Counted from the first letter of the stretch, positions 32,230 through 45,894 are shown. The stretch is DNA of 64,000 nt from an uncultured Actinomycetes bacterium (GCA_963705625.1 CAVPKG010000004.1:613018-677017), one strand, 5' to 3'. The notes: generated by a model not told the origin, from the sequence alone. Translations and numbers: made by a program.

Positions 32230-32595
32230 GTGGTCGACGTGGTCCGCGACGACGACTCGGCCGAGTTCTTCGAGGGCACCGCGCGCGGCGACCTCGTGAT
32301 CAAGCAGTGCGACGCGTGCGGGCACTACCTGCGCCCTGATGCGATCGCGTGCTCCAAGTGCCACGGAGCCGCGCTGTCGTGGGCCGAGTCGTCGGGGCGT
32401 GGATCACTCGTGAGTTGGATCGTGGTCCACGGGAACGACCGCGCGGTGGTCGGCCTCGTGGAGCTCGAGGAAGGACCATGGCTCCACGGACGTCTCGTCG
32501 ACGTCGACACGAGCGCGCTCTCGGTGGGTGACGCGGTCGAGGTCGACTTCGAACCCGCCGGAGCAGAGCGGATCCCCGTCTTCCGCCCCGCTTGA
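32230..32595 (+). CDS. Zn-ribbon/OB-fold protein (DUF35 family)
   Basis: Intact 121 aa with a CDACGHYLRP...CSKCHG zinc ribbon followed by an OB-fold-like segment. Confidence 0.75.
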   Translation: MVDVVRDDDSAEFFEGTARGDLVIKQCDACGHYLRPDAIACSKCHGAALSWAESSGRGSLVSWIVVHGNDRAVVGLVELEEGPWLHGRLVDVDTSALSVGDAVEVDFEPAGAERIPVFRPA

Positions 32596-32660
32596 CAGCG
32601 AGTCGGCGGGAGAGAACGCTGGCCCACGCGGGTCGCCGGTCCGGGATGGGAGACGTTGAG

Positions 32661-32981
32661 ATGCCGAAGTTTCTCTGGCAGGTGTCGTACACCACGCAAG
32701 GCGTGCAGGGACTGCTGAAGGAGGGAGGCGCGAGCCGGCGCGACATGGTGAAGAACCTCACCGAGGCTGCCGGGGGGAAGGTCGAGGCCTTCTACTACAC
32801 GTTCGGTGAGGACGACGTCATCGTCATCGCGGAGCTCCCCGACAACGCGACGGCGGCGGCGGTGAGTCTGAACGTCGGCGCGTCGGGCGCGGCGGAAATT
32901 CGCACGACGCCGCTGCTCGAGCCCGAGGACATCGACGCCGCCACGAAGATCTCGGTGGCATACCGCGCCCCGGGCGCCTGA
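32661..32981 (+). CDS. GYD-domain protein
   Basis: MPKFLWQVSYTTQGVQGLLKEGG...FYYTFGEDDVIVIAELPD. A GGGAG Shine-Dalgarno-like element precedes ATG 32661. The ORF-track start at 32592 is probably too early. Confidence 0.7.
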   Translation: MPKFLWQVSYTTQGVQGLLKEGGASRRDMVKNLTEAAGGKVEAFYYTFGEDDVIVIAELPDNATAAAVSLNVGASGAAEIRTTPLLEPEDIDAATKISVAYRAPGA

Positions 32982-32999
32982 TCGGAGCTTCTTCGCGCC

Positions 33000-33878
33000 T
33001 CAGCCGAGGAGGAGCGTGTCCGCGGCGGTGTGTACCGCGTCGACGTGCTGCCGGGGCGAGCGGCCCTGGTTCATCGTCAAGACCGTGAGGTGAGAGAGGT
33101 TCCGCTCGCGTGCCGCGGCGACCTGCCGGCGAAAGCCGTCGACGTCGTCACCGTCGTCCGTCTTCGACAGCATCGCGACACCCTGGATCCCGATCGCGTC
33201 GGGATCGCGTCCCGCGCGCGCCGCGGCTTCGCGAATCGCGAGCACACGTTCGTCGAGGTTCGCGCTGAGCCCGGCGTTCGCGATCCAGCCGTCGGCCAGC
33301 CGCCCGATGCGGTCGAGCACCGCGGGCGTGGCGCCGCCGCCCATCCAGATCGGGATGGGTTGCTGCACCGGGCGCGGGAGGATGCCGGCGGCGTCGATCT
33401 CGTGGTAGCGGCCCGTGAACGTGACGACGTCGTGCGTCCACAGCAAGCGCAGCACCTCGATCTGTTCTTCGTAGCGACGGGCCCGATTGCGGAACTCCAG
33501 ACCCAGGGCCTGGTACTCGACGTCGTTCCAACCGATGCCGACGCCCAACCGGAACTTGCCGCGCGTCAACACGTCGACCTCGGCCGCCTGCTTCGCGACG
33601 AGCACGGTCTGGCGCTGGGGCAGGATGAGGACGCCGCTGACCAGTTCGAGGTTGGTGTGTGCGGCGAGGAACCCGAACAACACGAAGACTTCGTGGAACG
33701 GCGTCTCGGAGGTGTAGGGGCCACGCCAGTCGGGCCGCGTCGAGACGTCTGCGCCGATCACGTGGTCGTACGGCATCATGAACGAGAAGCCGCACTCTTC
33801 GACCGCGCGGGCGAACTCCACGATCGAGTCCGGGTCGGGGCCGATCTCGGTCTGCGGGAACGTGACGCCGATCTGCAT
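33000..33878 (-). CDS. LLM-class (luciferase-like) flavin/F420-dependent oxidoreductase
   Basis: 292 aa from MQIGVTFPQTEIG, the distal part of ORF 33000..34562. It shows the TIM-barrel LLM pattern (GVGIGWNDVEY, PIWMGG). Confidence 0.8.
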   Translation of the reverse strand: MQIGVTFPQTEIGPDPDSIVEFARAVEECGFSFMMPYDHVIGADVSTRPDWRGPYTSETPFHEVFVLFGFLAAHTNLELVSGVLILPQRQTVLVAKQAAEVDVLTRGKFRLGVGIGWNDVEYQALGLEFRNRARRYEEQIEVLRLLWTHDVVTFTGRYHEIDAAGILPRPVQQPIPIWMGGGATPAVLDRIGRLADGWIANAGLSANLDERVLAIREAAARAGRDPDAIGIQGVAMLSKTDDGDDVDGFRRQVAAARERNLSHLTVLTMNQGRSPRQHVDAVHTAADTLLLG

Positions 33879-33930
33879 CCCGACAGCGTCGCGTCGCCGC
33901 GGCCCTTCCGGCAACCACGGCCGACTGAGA

Positions 33931-34855
33931 TCAGCGTTGTGCGGCTGCGAGTTGCGCCTCGAGGTCGTCGAGGATGGCGCCGGAACGGTCGTACCGGATG
34001 TTGTTGTCGTGCGAGCGGGGGCCGGGCCAGCCGCGGCAGCATGCCGCGTTCGTGGCAGAAATACTGCGCCTCGATGTTGGTGCCGTTGTACGCATCGGCC
34101 TCGTCGCTCGTGCACAGCCACGCGACGACCAGTCCGACGACCTCCGGCGGCGCTCCTGCGTTCTCGATGCCGAATTTCGCCATGTCCTGGGCGATGCGCT
34201 CCGTCGCGATCAGCCCGGGCTGCACGTTGAAGCACCGGATGTCCTGGTCGACGAGCTCGACCGCGAGGAAGCCCGCGATCCGCTGGAACGCGCCCTTGGA
34301 GACTCCGTAGCCCATGCCCCAGCCGCCTTCGCCTGCGGGCTTCGTAGGGTCGGCATAACCCGACGCGGATGTGATGTTCACGATGGTGCCGCCACCGTGC
34401 TCGAGCATCGACGGGAGCAGCAGCTTGTTCAACACGAGGGGCGCGATCACGTTGCCGTCGATCTGCTTCTCGAGCAACTCGATCGGGGTATCGACGAAGC
34501 GGTCCATGTGACCAGGGCCGATGTACCGCGCGTTGTGCACGACGACGTCCACGTGTCCCCATCGATCCAGCACCGTCGTTGCTGCCGCGCCGAGCGACGC
34601 GCGGTCGAGGAGGTCGCCCTGCACGATCAAGGCGTCGCGGCCGGTGTTGCGTACGAGCGCCGCTGTCGACGCGAGGCTTCCCGGTAGGGGCGATGTATCG
34701 GAGGCCTTGACCGTGGACGAATGCTCGCGCGCTTCACCCTCTTCCAACGTGCGCGCCATGATCGCAACGTCGAAGCCCGTCTTCGCGAGCTCGACTGCGG
34801 TGGCCTTGCCGATGCCCCGGCTCGCGCCCGTGACGAATGCAACTCGCTGACTCAT
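33931..34855 (-). pseudogene. SDR family oxidoreductase (paralogue of 21774..22595); one extra base near 34030
   Basis: Starts at MSQRVAFVTGASRGIG (ATG 34855) and has YGVSKGA. Removing one base restores ...ERGMLPGWPGPRSHDNNIRYDRSGAILDDLEAQLAAAQR with a stop at 33931-33933, matching the LLPGWDGPG tail of the paralogue. Confidence 0.75.
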
Positions 34856-35013
34856 GCTGACGCTCCCGGAACCGTGACGTTGTCCATGTCTTGGCCGACC
34901 GTAGCAAGGTGTGCGCGAGATCGCCGGTGTGCGAGCTGGATCGCTTGCTGGTCTGACCAACGAGCCGTACGCTCCGAAACGTGCAACCACAGCGACGCGG
35001 CGGGAGGATCGCG

Positions 35014-35430
35014 ATGACGCCCGACGAGCTCGACGCGTACCTCCGGAGCGAGCGCACGTGCACGGTTGCGACGATCGGTCTCCACGGTCCACACGCGAGT
35101 GCTCTGTGGTTCGTGTGGGACGGCACGTCGTTGTGGCTCTACTCGATCACGCGAAGTCAGCGATGGACGAACCTCGACCGCGACCCGCGCGTCAGCGTGC
35201 TCGTGGAAGCGGGCGACGACTACTTCGAGCTGCGCGGCGTGGAGCTGTTGGGATCGGTGGAGCAGGTCGGCGAGGTGCCGCGCACCGGCGAGGCGAACCC
35301 GGCGCTCGCGGAGCCCGAGCGGCTGTGGGGAGACAAGTACGGCCTCGCGCTCGACGGCCGTCACGCGTGGCTGCGGCTCACCCCCCGCAAGGTGGTCAGC
35401 TGGGACTTCCGCAAGCTCGCGACCTTGTGA
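35014..35430 (+). CDS. Pyridoxamine 5'-phosphate oxidase-family (PPOX-class, probably F420-dependent) protein
   Basis: MTPDELDAYLRSERTCTVATIGLHGPHASALWFVWDG. A GGGAGGA Shine-Dalgarno-like element lies upstream of ATG 35014. Confidence 0.75.
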   Translation: MTPDELDAYLRSERTCTVATIGLHGPHASALWFVWDGTSLWLYSITRSQRWTNLDRDPRVSVLVEAGDDYFELRGVELLGSVEQVGEVPRTGEANPALAEPERLWGDKYGLALDGRHAWLRLTPRKVVSWDFRKLATL

Positions 35431-35536
35431 CGAACACCCTGGTGCAGATCGCGTGCAGGGACATCCGCAACCTCCTCCTGCGACGAATGAACAGCGATAT
35501 CCGAGCCCGAGGGGGCACCGGTCCAGGAGGACGGCT

Positions 35537-35938
35537 ATGTCGCTCGTGAAGTTCCTTCCCGCGTGGTTCCACGCCATCGCCGACTACGCAGTCGGCATTC
35601 TGCTCATCGTCGTCGCACTCGTCGACAACGGGTCCGACGGTGCGAAGGCCACGGGTGTGGTCGTCGGCGTCGTCGTGCTCGTCGTGAGCGCGCTCACGCG
35701 CTACCCGCTCGGCATCGTGAAGGTGTTGCCGTTCACGATCCACTCGGCAGGCGACTACCTCGCAGCCACGCTGCTGATCATCGCTCCGTTCGTGCTGAAC
35801 TTCGCCTCGGCCGAGGGTGGCATGGCGGCGTTCTACGTGGTCATGGGGGTCGCGGTCCTCGCGGTGAGCCTCATCACCAACTACCAGTACAGCCCCAAGC
35901 GGCAGGGCAGCACGCAGGCCAGCGCGGTCACCGCTTAG
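35537..35938 (+). CDS. Small integral membrane protein (4 predicted TM), family not recognised
   Basis: MSLVKFLPAWFHAIADYAVGILLIVVAL..., preceded by AGGAGGA. It is the distal part of ORF 35066..35938. Confidence 0.5.
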   Translation: MSLVKFLPAWFHAIADYAVGILLIVVALVDNGSDGAKATGVVVGVVVLVVSALTRYPLGIVKVLPFTIHSAGDYLAATLLIIAPFVLNFASAEGGMAAFYVVMGVAVLAVSLITNYQYSPKRQGSTQASAVTA

Positions 35939-35961
35939 GCCGCACTCATCGACTTCCCCCG

Positions 35962-35995
35962 GGAGTGGCCGGCGTCTTCGGGCGCCGGCCACTCC
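35962..35995 (+). terminator. Strong GC-rich stem-loop (13-bp perfect stem, 8-nt loop), probable intrinsic terminator
   Basis: GGAGTGGCCGGCG (35962-35974) pairs base for base with CGCCGGCCACTCC (35983-35995). It lies 24 nt after the stop of the membrane-protein gene and upstream of tig. There is no clear U-tract. Confidence 0.6.
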
Positions 35996-36047
35996 TTGCG
36001 TCGCGTGGCCGGATGGGCGCATTCCCGCCGCTAGGCTGCTCAGCCCC

Positions 36048-37474
36048 ATGGCCGTCACGACGTCCGTCGAGCCGCTCGAAGGCAACAAGGTCAAGCTCCA
36101 CGTCGCGATCCCGGCGGCCGAGTTCGAGCGGGCGATCGACGCCGCGTTCCGCAAGCTCGCCCACGAGGTGAAGATGCCGGGGTTCCGCCCCGGCAAGGCG
36201 CCCCGCCGCCTGCTCGAGGCCCGCCTCGGCACCGAGGTCGCGCGCGAGCAGGCGCTGCGCGACTCCCTGCCCGAGTACTACGTCGAGGCGGTCGAGGCCG
36301 AGGACATCGACGTGATCGCGCCGCCCGAGATCGACATCACGGCCGGCGAGGACGACGGCGACGTCGAGTTCGACGCGGTCGTCGAGGTGCGACCGCACGT
36401 CACGGTCGAGGGCCACGACGCGCTGCAGGTCGAGATCCCGAATCCGGCCGTCGCCGACGACGCGGTCGACGCGCAGGTCGACACGCTCCGCGAGCGCTTC
36501 GCCGACCTCGAGGACTCGACGACCCCGCTCATCGACGGCGACTACGCCGAGATCGACATCAAGGGCTACGTCCACGACGAGTCGATCGAGGGGCTCACCG
36601 CCACCGACTTCCTCTACGAGGTCGGGTCCGGCATCGTCGTGCCGAGCTCGACGAGGAGCTGCGCGGCAAGCGCCCGGGCGACATCCTCAAGTTCAACGAC
36701 ACGCTCCCCGAGCGCTTCGGCGAGCGCGCCGGCGAGGAGGTCGCGTTCCAGGTGCTCGTCAAGGAGGCGAAGCGCAAGGTGCTCCCCGAGCTCACCGACG
36801 AGTGGGTCTCCGAGGTGAGCGAGTTCGACACGGTCGACGCGCTGCGCGACGACGTCCGCGCCCGCCTCGACCTGTACGCGCGCATGCAGGCGCAGATGCT
36901 GGTGCGCGACAAGGTGCTCGCGGCCGCCGCGGATCTCGTGACCGGCGACGTGCCCGACACGCTCGTCAACCAGGAGATGGAGCGTCGCCTCCACGACCTC
37001 GCGCACCGGCTCGAAGGACAGATGCCCGGTCTCACGATCCCGCAGTACCTCGCGGCGACCGGCCAGGACCAGCAGGCGTTCGTCGACGGCGTGCGCGAAG
37101 GCGCGACCGCGGCGGTGCTCGCCGACCTCGCGCTGCGGGCCGTCGTCGCCCAGGAGGGGATCGAGGCGACCGACGACGAGGTCGACGCCGAGATCGACCG
37201 GCTGGCCGAGCGTCTGGGCGAGAAGCCCGCGAAGGTGCGCAAGGATCTCGAACGGCGAGGGGTCCTGGAGGCGGTACGCTCTGATATCGCCCGGGGCAAG
37301 GCCTTGTCGTTCCTCATCGAGCACGCGACCGTCGTCGACGAGGACGGCAACCCGGTCGATCTCTCCCCAGCCGATACAGAATTGCCCGAAACCGAATCGG
37401 CCGAAACCGAATTCGCCGAAACCGAAATCGTCGAACCAACCGCTGAAGCTGCAGCAGAGGAGCCCGAGTCGTGA
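36048..37474 (+). pseudogene. tig: Trigger factor; one missing base near 36644
   Basis: Joins fragment 36048..36818 and the frame of 36752..37474. Motifs are GFRPGKAPRRLLE and an FKBP-like middle region. The join restores GIVVPELDEELRGKRPGD. Confidence 0.85.
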
Positions 37475-38108
37475 CCGAGCCCATCCGCAACTATCTCGTC
37501 CCCACGGTCATCGAGCAGACGAACCGCGGCGAGCGCGCGTACGACATCTACTCACGCCTGCTCAAGGAGCGGATCATCTTCCTCGGCACGCCGATCGACG
37601 ACACCGTCGCGAACCTGATGATCGCCCAGCTGCTCCACCTCGAGAGCGAAGACCCCGACAAGGACATCTCGATCTACATCAACTCGCCCGGCGGCGAGAT
37701 CACCGGGCTGTTCGCGATCTACGACACGATGCAGTACATCAAGCCCGACGTGCAGACGATCTGCATCGGCCAGGCCGCGTCGGCCGCGGCGGTGCTGCTC
37801 GCCTCGGGCGCACCCGGCAAGCGCTTCATGCTTCCCGCACGCCCGGGTCCTCATCCACCAGCCGCACGGTGGTGCGTCGGGCCAGGCCGTCGACATCGAG
37901 ATCCAGGCCAAGGAGATCATCCGGATGCGCGAGCTCCTCGACGAGATCCTCGCCTACCACACCGGCCAGGCCGTCGAGAAGGTCGAAGCACGACACCGAC
38001 CGCGACTTCATCATGAGCGCGCTCGAGGCCAAGGAGTACGGCATCGTCGACGAGGTGATCACCAACCGTGAGCTCGCGGCCGTCGCAGTGCCGGCGGGCG
38101 TGAGCTGA
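37471..38108 (+). pseudogene. clpP: ATP-dependent Clp protease proteolytic subunit; two extra bases (near 37833 and 37989)
   Basis: Motifs are [22 protein letters not shown] (catalytic Ser) and [10 protein letters not shown] (catalytic His, in a shifted frame), followed by [10 protein letters not shown]. Its GTG overlaps the tig TGA. Confidence 0.85.
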
Positions 38109-38142
38109 GGCAGCAGGCCGGACGGAAAGAAGGGGGAACGTC

Positions 38143-39490
<1,348 letters not shown>

Positions 39491-39500
39491 ACTCGACCGC

Positions 39501-42072
39501 ATGGCCGTGCCGGAGAAGCCGACGCCTCGACGGGCTCGAGGAGAAGTGGTCGGCGCGCTGGGAGGCCGACGGCACCTACCGGTTCGACCGGTCGAAGCGC
39601 CGCGCCGAGGTCTTCTCCATCGACACGCCGCCGCCGACGGTGAGCGGGTCGCTGCACATGGGCCCCGTGTTCGTCTACACGCACACCGACGCCATCGCCC
39701 GCTACCGGCGCATGCGGGGCCACGAGGTCTTCTACCCGATGGGCTGGGACGACAACGGCCTGCCCACCGAGCGCCGGGTGCAGAACTACTACGGCGTCCG
39801 CTGCGACCCGTCGCTGCCGTACGACCCGACGTTCGCGCCGCCGACCGAAGCCGCCGAAGCAGGCCGATCGCGATCTCGCGGCGGAACTTCGTCGAGCTGT
39901 GCGAGCAGCTCGTCGCCGAGGACGAGCAGAAGTTCGAGGAGCTGTGGCGCCGCGCTCGGTCTCTCGGTCGACTGGTCGCATGACGTACACGACGATCGGC
40001 GAGCGGCGCGCAGCGCGCCGTCGCAGCGCGCGTTCCTGCGCAACCTCGCCCGCGGCGAGGCGTACCAGGCCGAGGCGCCGACGCTCTGGGACGTCGACTT
40101 CCGCACCGCGGTCGCGCAGGCCGAGCTCGAGGACCGCGAGATGCCGGGCGCGTACCACGCGGTCCGCTTCCCGCGTGCCGACGGCGACGGCGACGTCGTC
40201 ATCGAGACGACGCGACCCGAGCTGATCCCCGCGTGCGTCGCGCTCGTCGCCCATCCCGACGACGACGCGGTACCAGGCGCTCTTCGGCTCCGAGGTGCGT
40301 CACGCCGCTGTTCGGCGTCGCGTGCCGGTGCTCGCGCACCCGCTCGCCGATCCCGAGAAGGGCTCCGGCATCGCGATGATCTGCACGTTCGGCGACATCA
40401 CCGACGTCACGTGGTGGCGCGAGCTGCAGCTGCCGACGCGCACCGTCGTCGGGTGGGACGGCCGGCTCCACGGTCGCCCCGCCGGGTCTCGCACTGGGAC
40501 GACGACAGCCATCGCGCACTGGGACGAGCTCGCCGGCAAGACCGTCAAGCAGGCGCAGCAGCGCGATCGTCGAGCTGCTCCGGGCGACGGGCGACCTCGT
40601 CGGCGAGCCGAAGCCGATCACCCACCCGGTGAAGTTCTACGAGAAGGGCGACCGCCCGCTCGAGATCGTCACGACGCGCCAGTGGTACATCCGCAACGGC
40701 GGCACGACGACCCCGAGCTGCGCGACGCGTTGCTCGCGCGCGGCCGCGAGCTCGACTGGCACCCGGCGCACATGCGCGCGCGCTACGAGCGCTGGGTCGA
40801 GGGGCTCAACGGCGACTGGCTCATCAGCCGGCAGCGCTTCTTCGGCGTGCCGTTCCCGGTCTGGTACCGCGCTCGACGCCGACGGCGAGCCCGACTACGA
40901 ACACGCCGCTCGCTCGCGCCCGAGGACCGCCTGCCCGTCGACCCGTCGAGCGACGTGCCCGACGGCTTCACCGAGGACCAGCGCGGCAAGCCCGGCGGCT
41001 TCGTCGGCGATCCCGACGTGATGGACACGTGGGCGACGTCGTCGCTCACGCCGCAGATCGCGTCCGGCTGGGAGGACGACCCCGACCTGTTCGCGCGCAC
41101 GTTCCCGATGGACCTGCGGCCGCAGGCGCCCGAGATCATCCGCACGTGGCTGTTCTCGACACGATCGTGCGCTGCGCACTTCGAGCACGACGCGCTGCCG
41201 TGGCGCGACGCCACGATCACCGGCTGGGTCCTCGACCCCGATCGCAAGAAGATGTCGAAGAGCAAGGGCAACGTCGTCACGCCGATGGCGCTGCTCGAGC
41301 AGTACGGCTCCGACGCGGTGCGCTACTGGGCGGCGAACGGACGACCCGGCATCGACACCGCGTTCGACGAGGGCCAGATGAAGGTCGGTCGCCGGCTCGC
41401 GATCAAGATCCTCAACGCGTCGAAGTTCGCGCTCGGCGTGATGGGCGACGAAGCTCCCGCGTCCCGATGCGATCACCGCGCCGCTCGACCGCTCGATGCT
41501 CGCGGCGCTGCCGATCGTGGTCGACGACGCGACGCGCGCGTTCGACGACTACGACTACGCCCGCGCGCTCGAGCGCACCGAGCGGTTCTTCTGGGGCTTC
41601 TGCGACGACTACCTCGAGCTGGTGAAGCAGCGGGCGTACGGCCGTCGGGCGACGACGCGGCGCGTTCGGCGCGTGCGGCGCTCTCGCTCGCGCTCTCCAC
41701 GCTGCTGCGGCTGTTCGCGCCGCACCTGCCGTTCGTCACCGAGGAGGTGTGGTCGTGGTGGCAAGACGGCTCGGTGCACCGCGCCGTGTGGCCGAGCGCC
41801 GACGCGCTCGGCGTGCCGGGCGTCGACACGCGCGTCTACGACGTCGCGGCCGACGTGCTCGGCGAGGTCCGCAAGGCGAAGAGCTCGGCGCAGCGATCGA
41901 TGCGCACCGAGGTGACACGCGCGGTCGTGTACCTCCCGCCCGAGCTCTCCGCACCGCTGGCGCCGCGGTCGACGACGTGCGCGAGGCGGGTCGGGTCACG
42001 AGCGAGCTCGACGTCGAGGCCGGCGACGAGCTCCGCGTCGACGTCGAGCTCGCCGATCCCGACCCGGCGTAG
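39501..42072 (+). pseudogene. valS: Valine--tRNA ligase; about 10 or more frame changes
   Basis: MAVPEKPT then [20 protein letters not shown]. Further motifs are [13 protein letters not shown](P), KMSKSKGNVV and the C-terminal coiled coil ending ELADPDPA-TAG. The fragments are spread over all three frames. The first extra base is at 39525/39526. Confidence 0.85.
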
Positions 42073-42077
42073 GGATC

Positions 42078-43396
42078 GTGGTGGAGCCCCGCGCCGCTCC
42101 GGGCCTGGCTCGACGCCCACGTCAACCTCGAGCGCGGGTCGGGTGTCCCGGCCGGATCCCGGCGGCGGCTGTCGCCGGAGCCGCTCTCCCGGATGGAGGC
42201 GCTGATCGAGCTCCTCGGCTCGCCGCAGCTCGAGTACCCGGCCATCCACCTCACCGGCACCAACGGCAAGACGTCCGCGGCCCGCATCGCAACGGGCCTC
42301 CTCGTCGCGACGGGCCTGTCGGTCGGCACCTACACGAGCCCGCACCTCGAGCGCGTCAACGAGCGGATCTCGTGGAACGGCGAGCCGATCGCCGACGACG
42401 AGCTCGACCGGATCCTCGGTCCGCATCGCCGAGATCGAGCCGCTCCTCCCGGACCGGCCCAGCTACTTCGAGATCCTCACCGCGGCGGCGCTTCGACTGG
42501 TTCGCCGACGTCGCGGTCGACGTCGCGGTGGTCGAGGTCGGCCTCGGCGGCACCTGGGACGCCACGAACGTCGTCGACGGCCGGGTCGCGGTGGTCACCA
42601 ACGTCGAGCGTCGACCACGTCGAGTACCTCGGACCGACTCGACGCGACATCGCCGCCGAGAAGGCCGGGATCGTGAAGCCGGGGGCGACGCTCGTGCTCG
42701 GCGAGACCGATCCCGAGCTCGTTCCGATCTTCATGGAGCGCAGTCCCGGTCGCGTCGTGCTGCGCGACGTCGACTTCGGCGTCAGCGCCAACGCGCTCGC
42801 GCTCGGTGGGCGCGTGGTCGACCTCTTCACCCCGTACGCGAACTACCCCGAGCTGTTCCTCCCTCTGCACGGCGCGCACCAGGCCGACAACGCCGTCGCC
42901 GCGCTGACCGCGGTCGAATGCTTCCTCGATCGGCCGCTCGGCGACGACGTCGTGGCCGAGGCGTTCGCGTCGGTCGAGTCACCGGGACGGCTCGAGGTCG
43001 TCGGGCACCAGCCGCTCGTCCTGCTCGACGGCGCGAACAACGTCGCCGGCGCGCACGCGCTCGGCGCGGCGCTCGACGAGGAGTTCCCGCGCACCGAACG
43101 CACCTGGTGGTCGGCCTGCTGCGCGAGAAGGACGCCCACGAGATGCTCGACGCGCTCGGTGTCAGCGAGGTCGACCGCGTCGTGTGCTGCCGCCCCGAGA
43201 TCCCGCGCGCGCGATCCGCAGGAGGTCGCCGACGCCGCGCTCGCGCCTCGGCGTCCCGGCCGACCGCGTCGACGTGGTCGACCGCGTCGCCGACGCGGTA
43301 CGGCACGCGATCGCGCAGAGCGCGCCCGACGGCCAGGTGGTCGTCACCGGTTCGCTGTACGTCGCCGGTCCGGCTCGCACCGCACTCCTGCACTAA
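42078..43396 (+). pseudogene. folC: Bifunctional folylpolyglutamate synthase / dihydrofolate synthase; multiple frame changes
   Basis: AIHLTGTNGKTSAARI (Mur-ligase P-loop), VVEVGLGGTWDATNVV, and the tail VVVTGSLYVAGPAR. The start GTG at 42078 is already out of frame with the body within about 20 nt. Confidence 0.75.
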
Positions 43397-43460
43397 CTTG
43401 CCGGGTCGGAGTGACCCCTCATGATGGCCCGGGACGCCGGAGCGGAATCGACCAATCGAG

Positions 43461-43880
43461 ATGACGGACCGCACGCTCGTTCTCTGCAAGCCGGACGCGG
43501 TCGAGCGCGGGCTCGTCGGCGAGATCGTGGGCCGCATCGAACGGCGCGGGCTCACGATCGTCGCCATGGAGCTGCGCACGATCGACGCCGAGCTCGCCGG
43601 GCGACACTACGAGGAGCACCGCGACAAGCCGTTCTTCGACGACCTGGTCGCGTTCATCACCCGCGGCCCGCTGGTCGCGATGGTGGTCGAGGGCGAGGAC
43701 GACACGTGGCAGGTCGTCCGCACGCTGATGGGTGCGACGAACCCACGCGAGGCTGCGCCGGGCACGATCCGCGGCGATCTCGCCCTCGAGACCACCGAGA
43801 ACCTGGTCCACGGCTCGGACGGCCCGGAGTCCGCAGCCCGCGAGATCGCGCTCTTCTTCCCCGATCTGCCGGTGAACTAG
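43461..43880 (+). CDS. ndk: Nucleoside-diphosphate kinase
   Basis: Intact 139 aa: [22 protein letters not shown]...NLVHGSD (active-site His). Confidence 0.95.
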   Translation: MTDRTLVLCKPDAVERGLVGEIVGRIERRGLTIVAMELRTIDAELAGRHYEEHRDKPFFDDLVAFITRGPLVAMVVEGEDDTWQVVRTLMGATNPREAAPGTIRGDLALETTENLVHGSDGPESAAREIALFFPDLPVN

Positions 43881-43929
43881 GCCGGGGAAGCAGGGGGCGC
43901 ATCGGCGCGCCGACGTTGGCCTTGACTAG

Positions 43930-45007
<1,078 letters not shown>

Positions 45008-45037
45008 CCGCGCCCGAGTGGGCGCGCCCTTGCAATC

Positions 45038-45894
45038 ATGGCTGTGTATCGCCAGGATCGCCGTCGTCGAATCACACTGGTGATGTTGATCATCACGTCC
45101 CTCGTGCTCATCACCCTCGACCAGCAAGGCGCCGGCGTCGTGGCGTCGCTGCGGTCCGCCGCGCAGGACGTCATCTCGCCGTTGCAGAACCTCGCGGACA
45201 ACGTGATCTCGCCTGCGACCGACTTCTTCGACAGCCTCGGCCGCGCCGACGAGCTCCAGTCCGAGAACGAACGCTTGCGGCGGCGAGAACGCCGGCCTCA
45301 GGAGCGAGATCGCAGCCAACAAGTCGACGGTGGCCGATGCTCAGGGGGTCAAGGACCTCGTCGACCTGCCCGACATCGCCGACTACGACAGCGTGTTCGC
45401 CAGCGTCGTCGACGGCTCGACGGGCAACTTCGAGCGCTCGTTCCAGATCGACAAGGGGAGCGACGACGGCCTCGCGAAGGACATGGCGGTCGTCGTCGGT
45501 GCGCACGGTGGCGCGCTCGTCGGCGAGATCACGGCGGTGTCGAAGTCCCGTGCGACCGTGCAGCGCATCGACGATCCGAACTTCGGTGTCGGCGTACAGC
45601 TCCTCGATCCGAGTGGCGCGGGCCCGATCGGCTTGGCGAACGGTCAGCAGGACAGCACGTTCCTCGAGCTGCAGATCCGTGACTCCACCCAGAAGCTCAA
45701 GAAGGGCGAGTACGCGATCACGCGCGGTCTCAACGAATCGCCGTTCCCGCGAGGCCTCGCGGTGGGCACCGTCGTCCGGTCGGTGGATCCGTCCACCGCG
45801 ACCGCCGAGCGCGCCGACGCTCGAACCCATCGTCGACCTCGACCGGCTCACCATCGTGAAGGTTCTGCGTTACCAACCGCCGACCACACCATGA
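45038..45894 (+). pseudogene. mreC: Rod-shape-determining protein MreC; two frame changes (near 45290 and 45800)
   Basis: An N-terminal TM segment (ITLVMLIITSLVLITL), a coiled-coil LQSENERLRREN segment and a beta-barrel domain. Its position between mreB and mreD supports the call. Confidence 0.75.
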
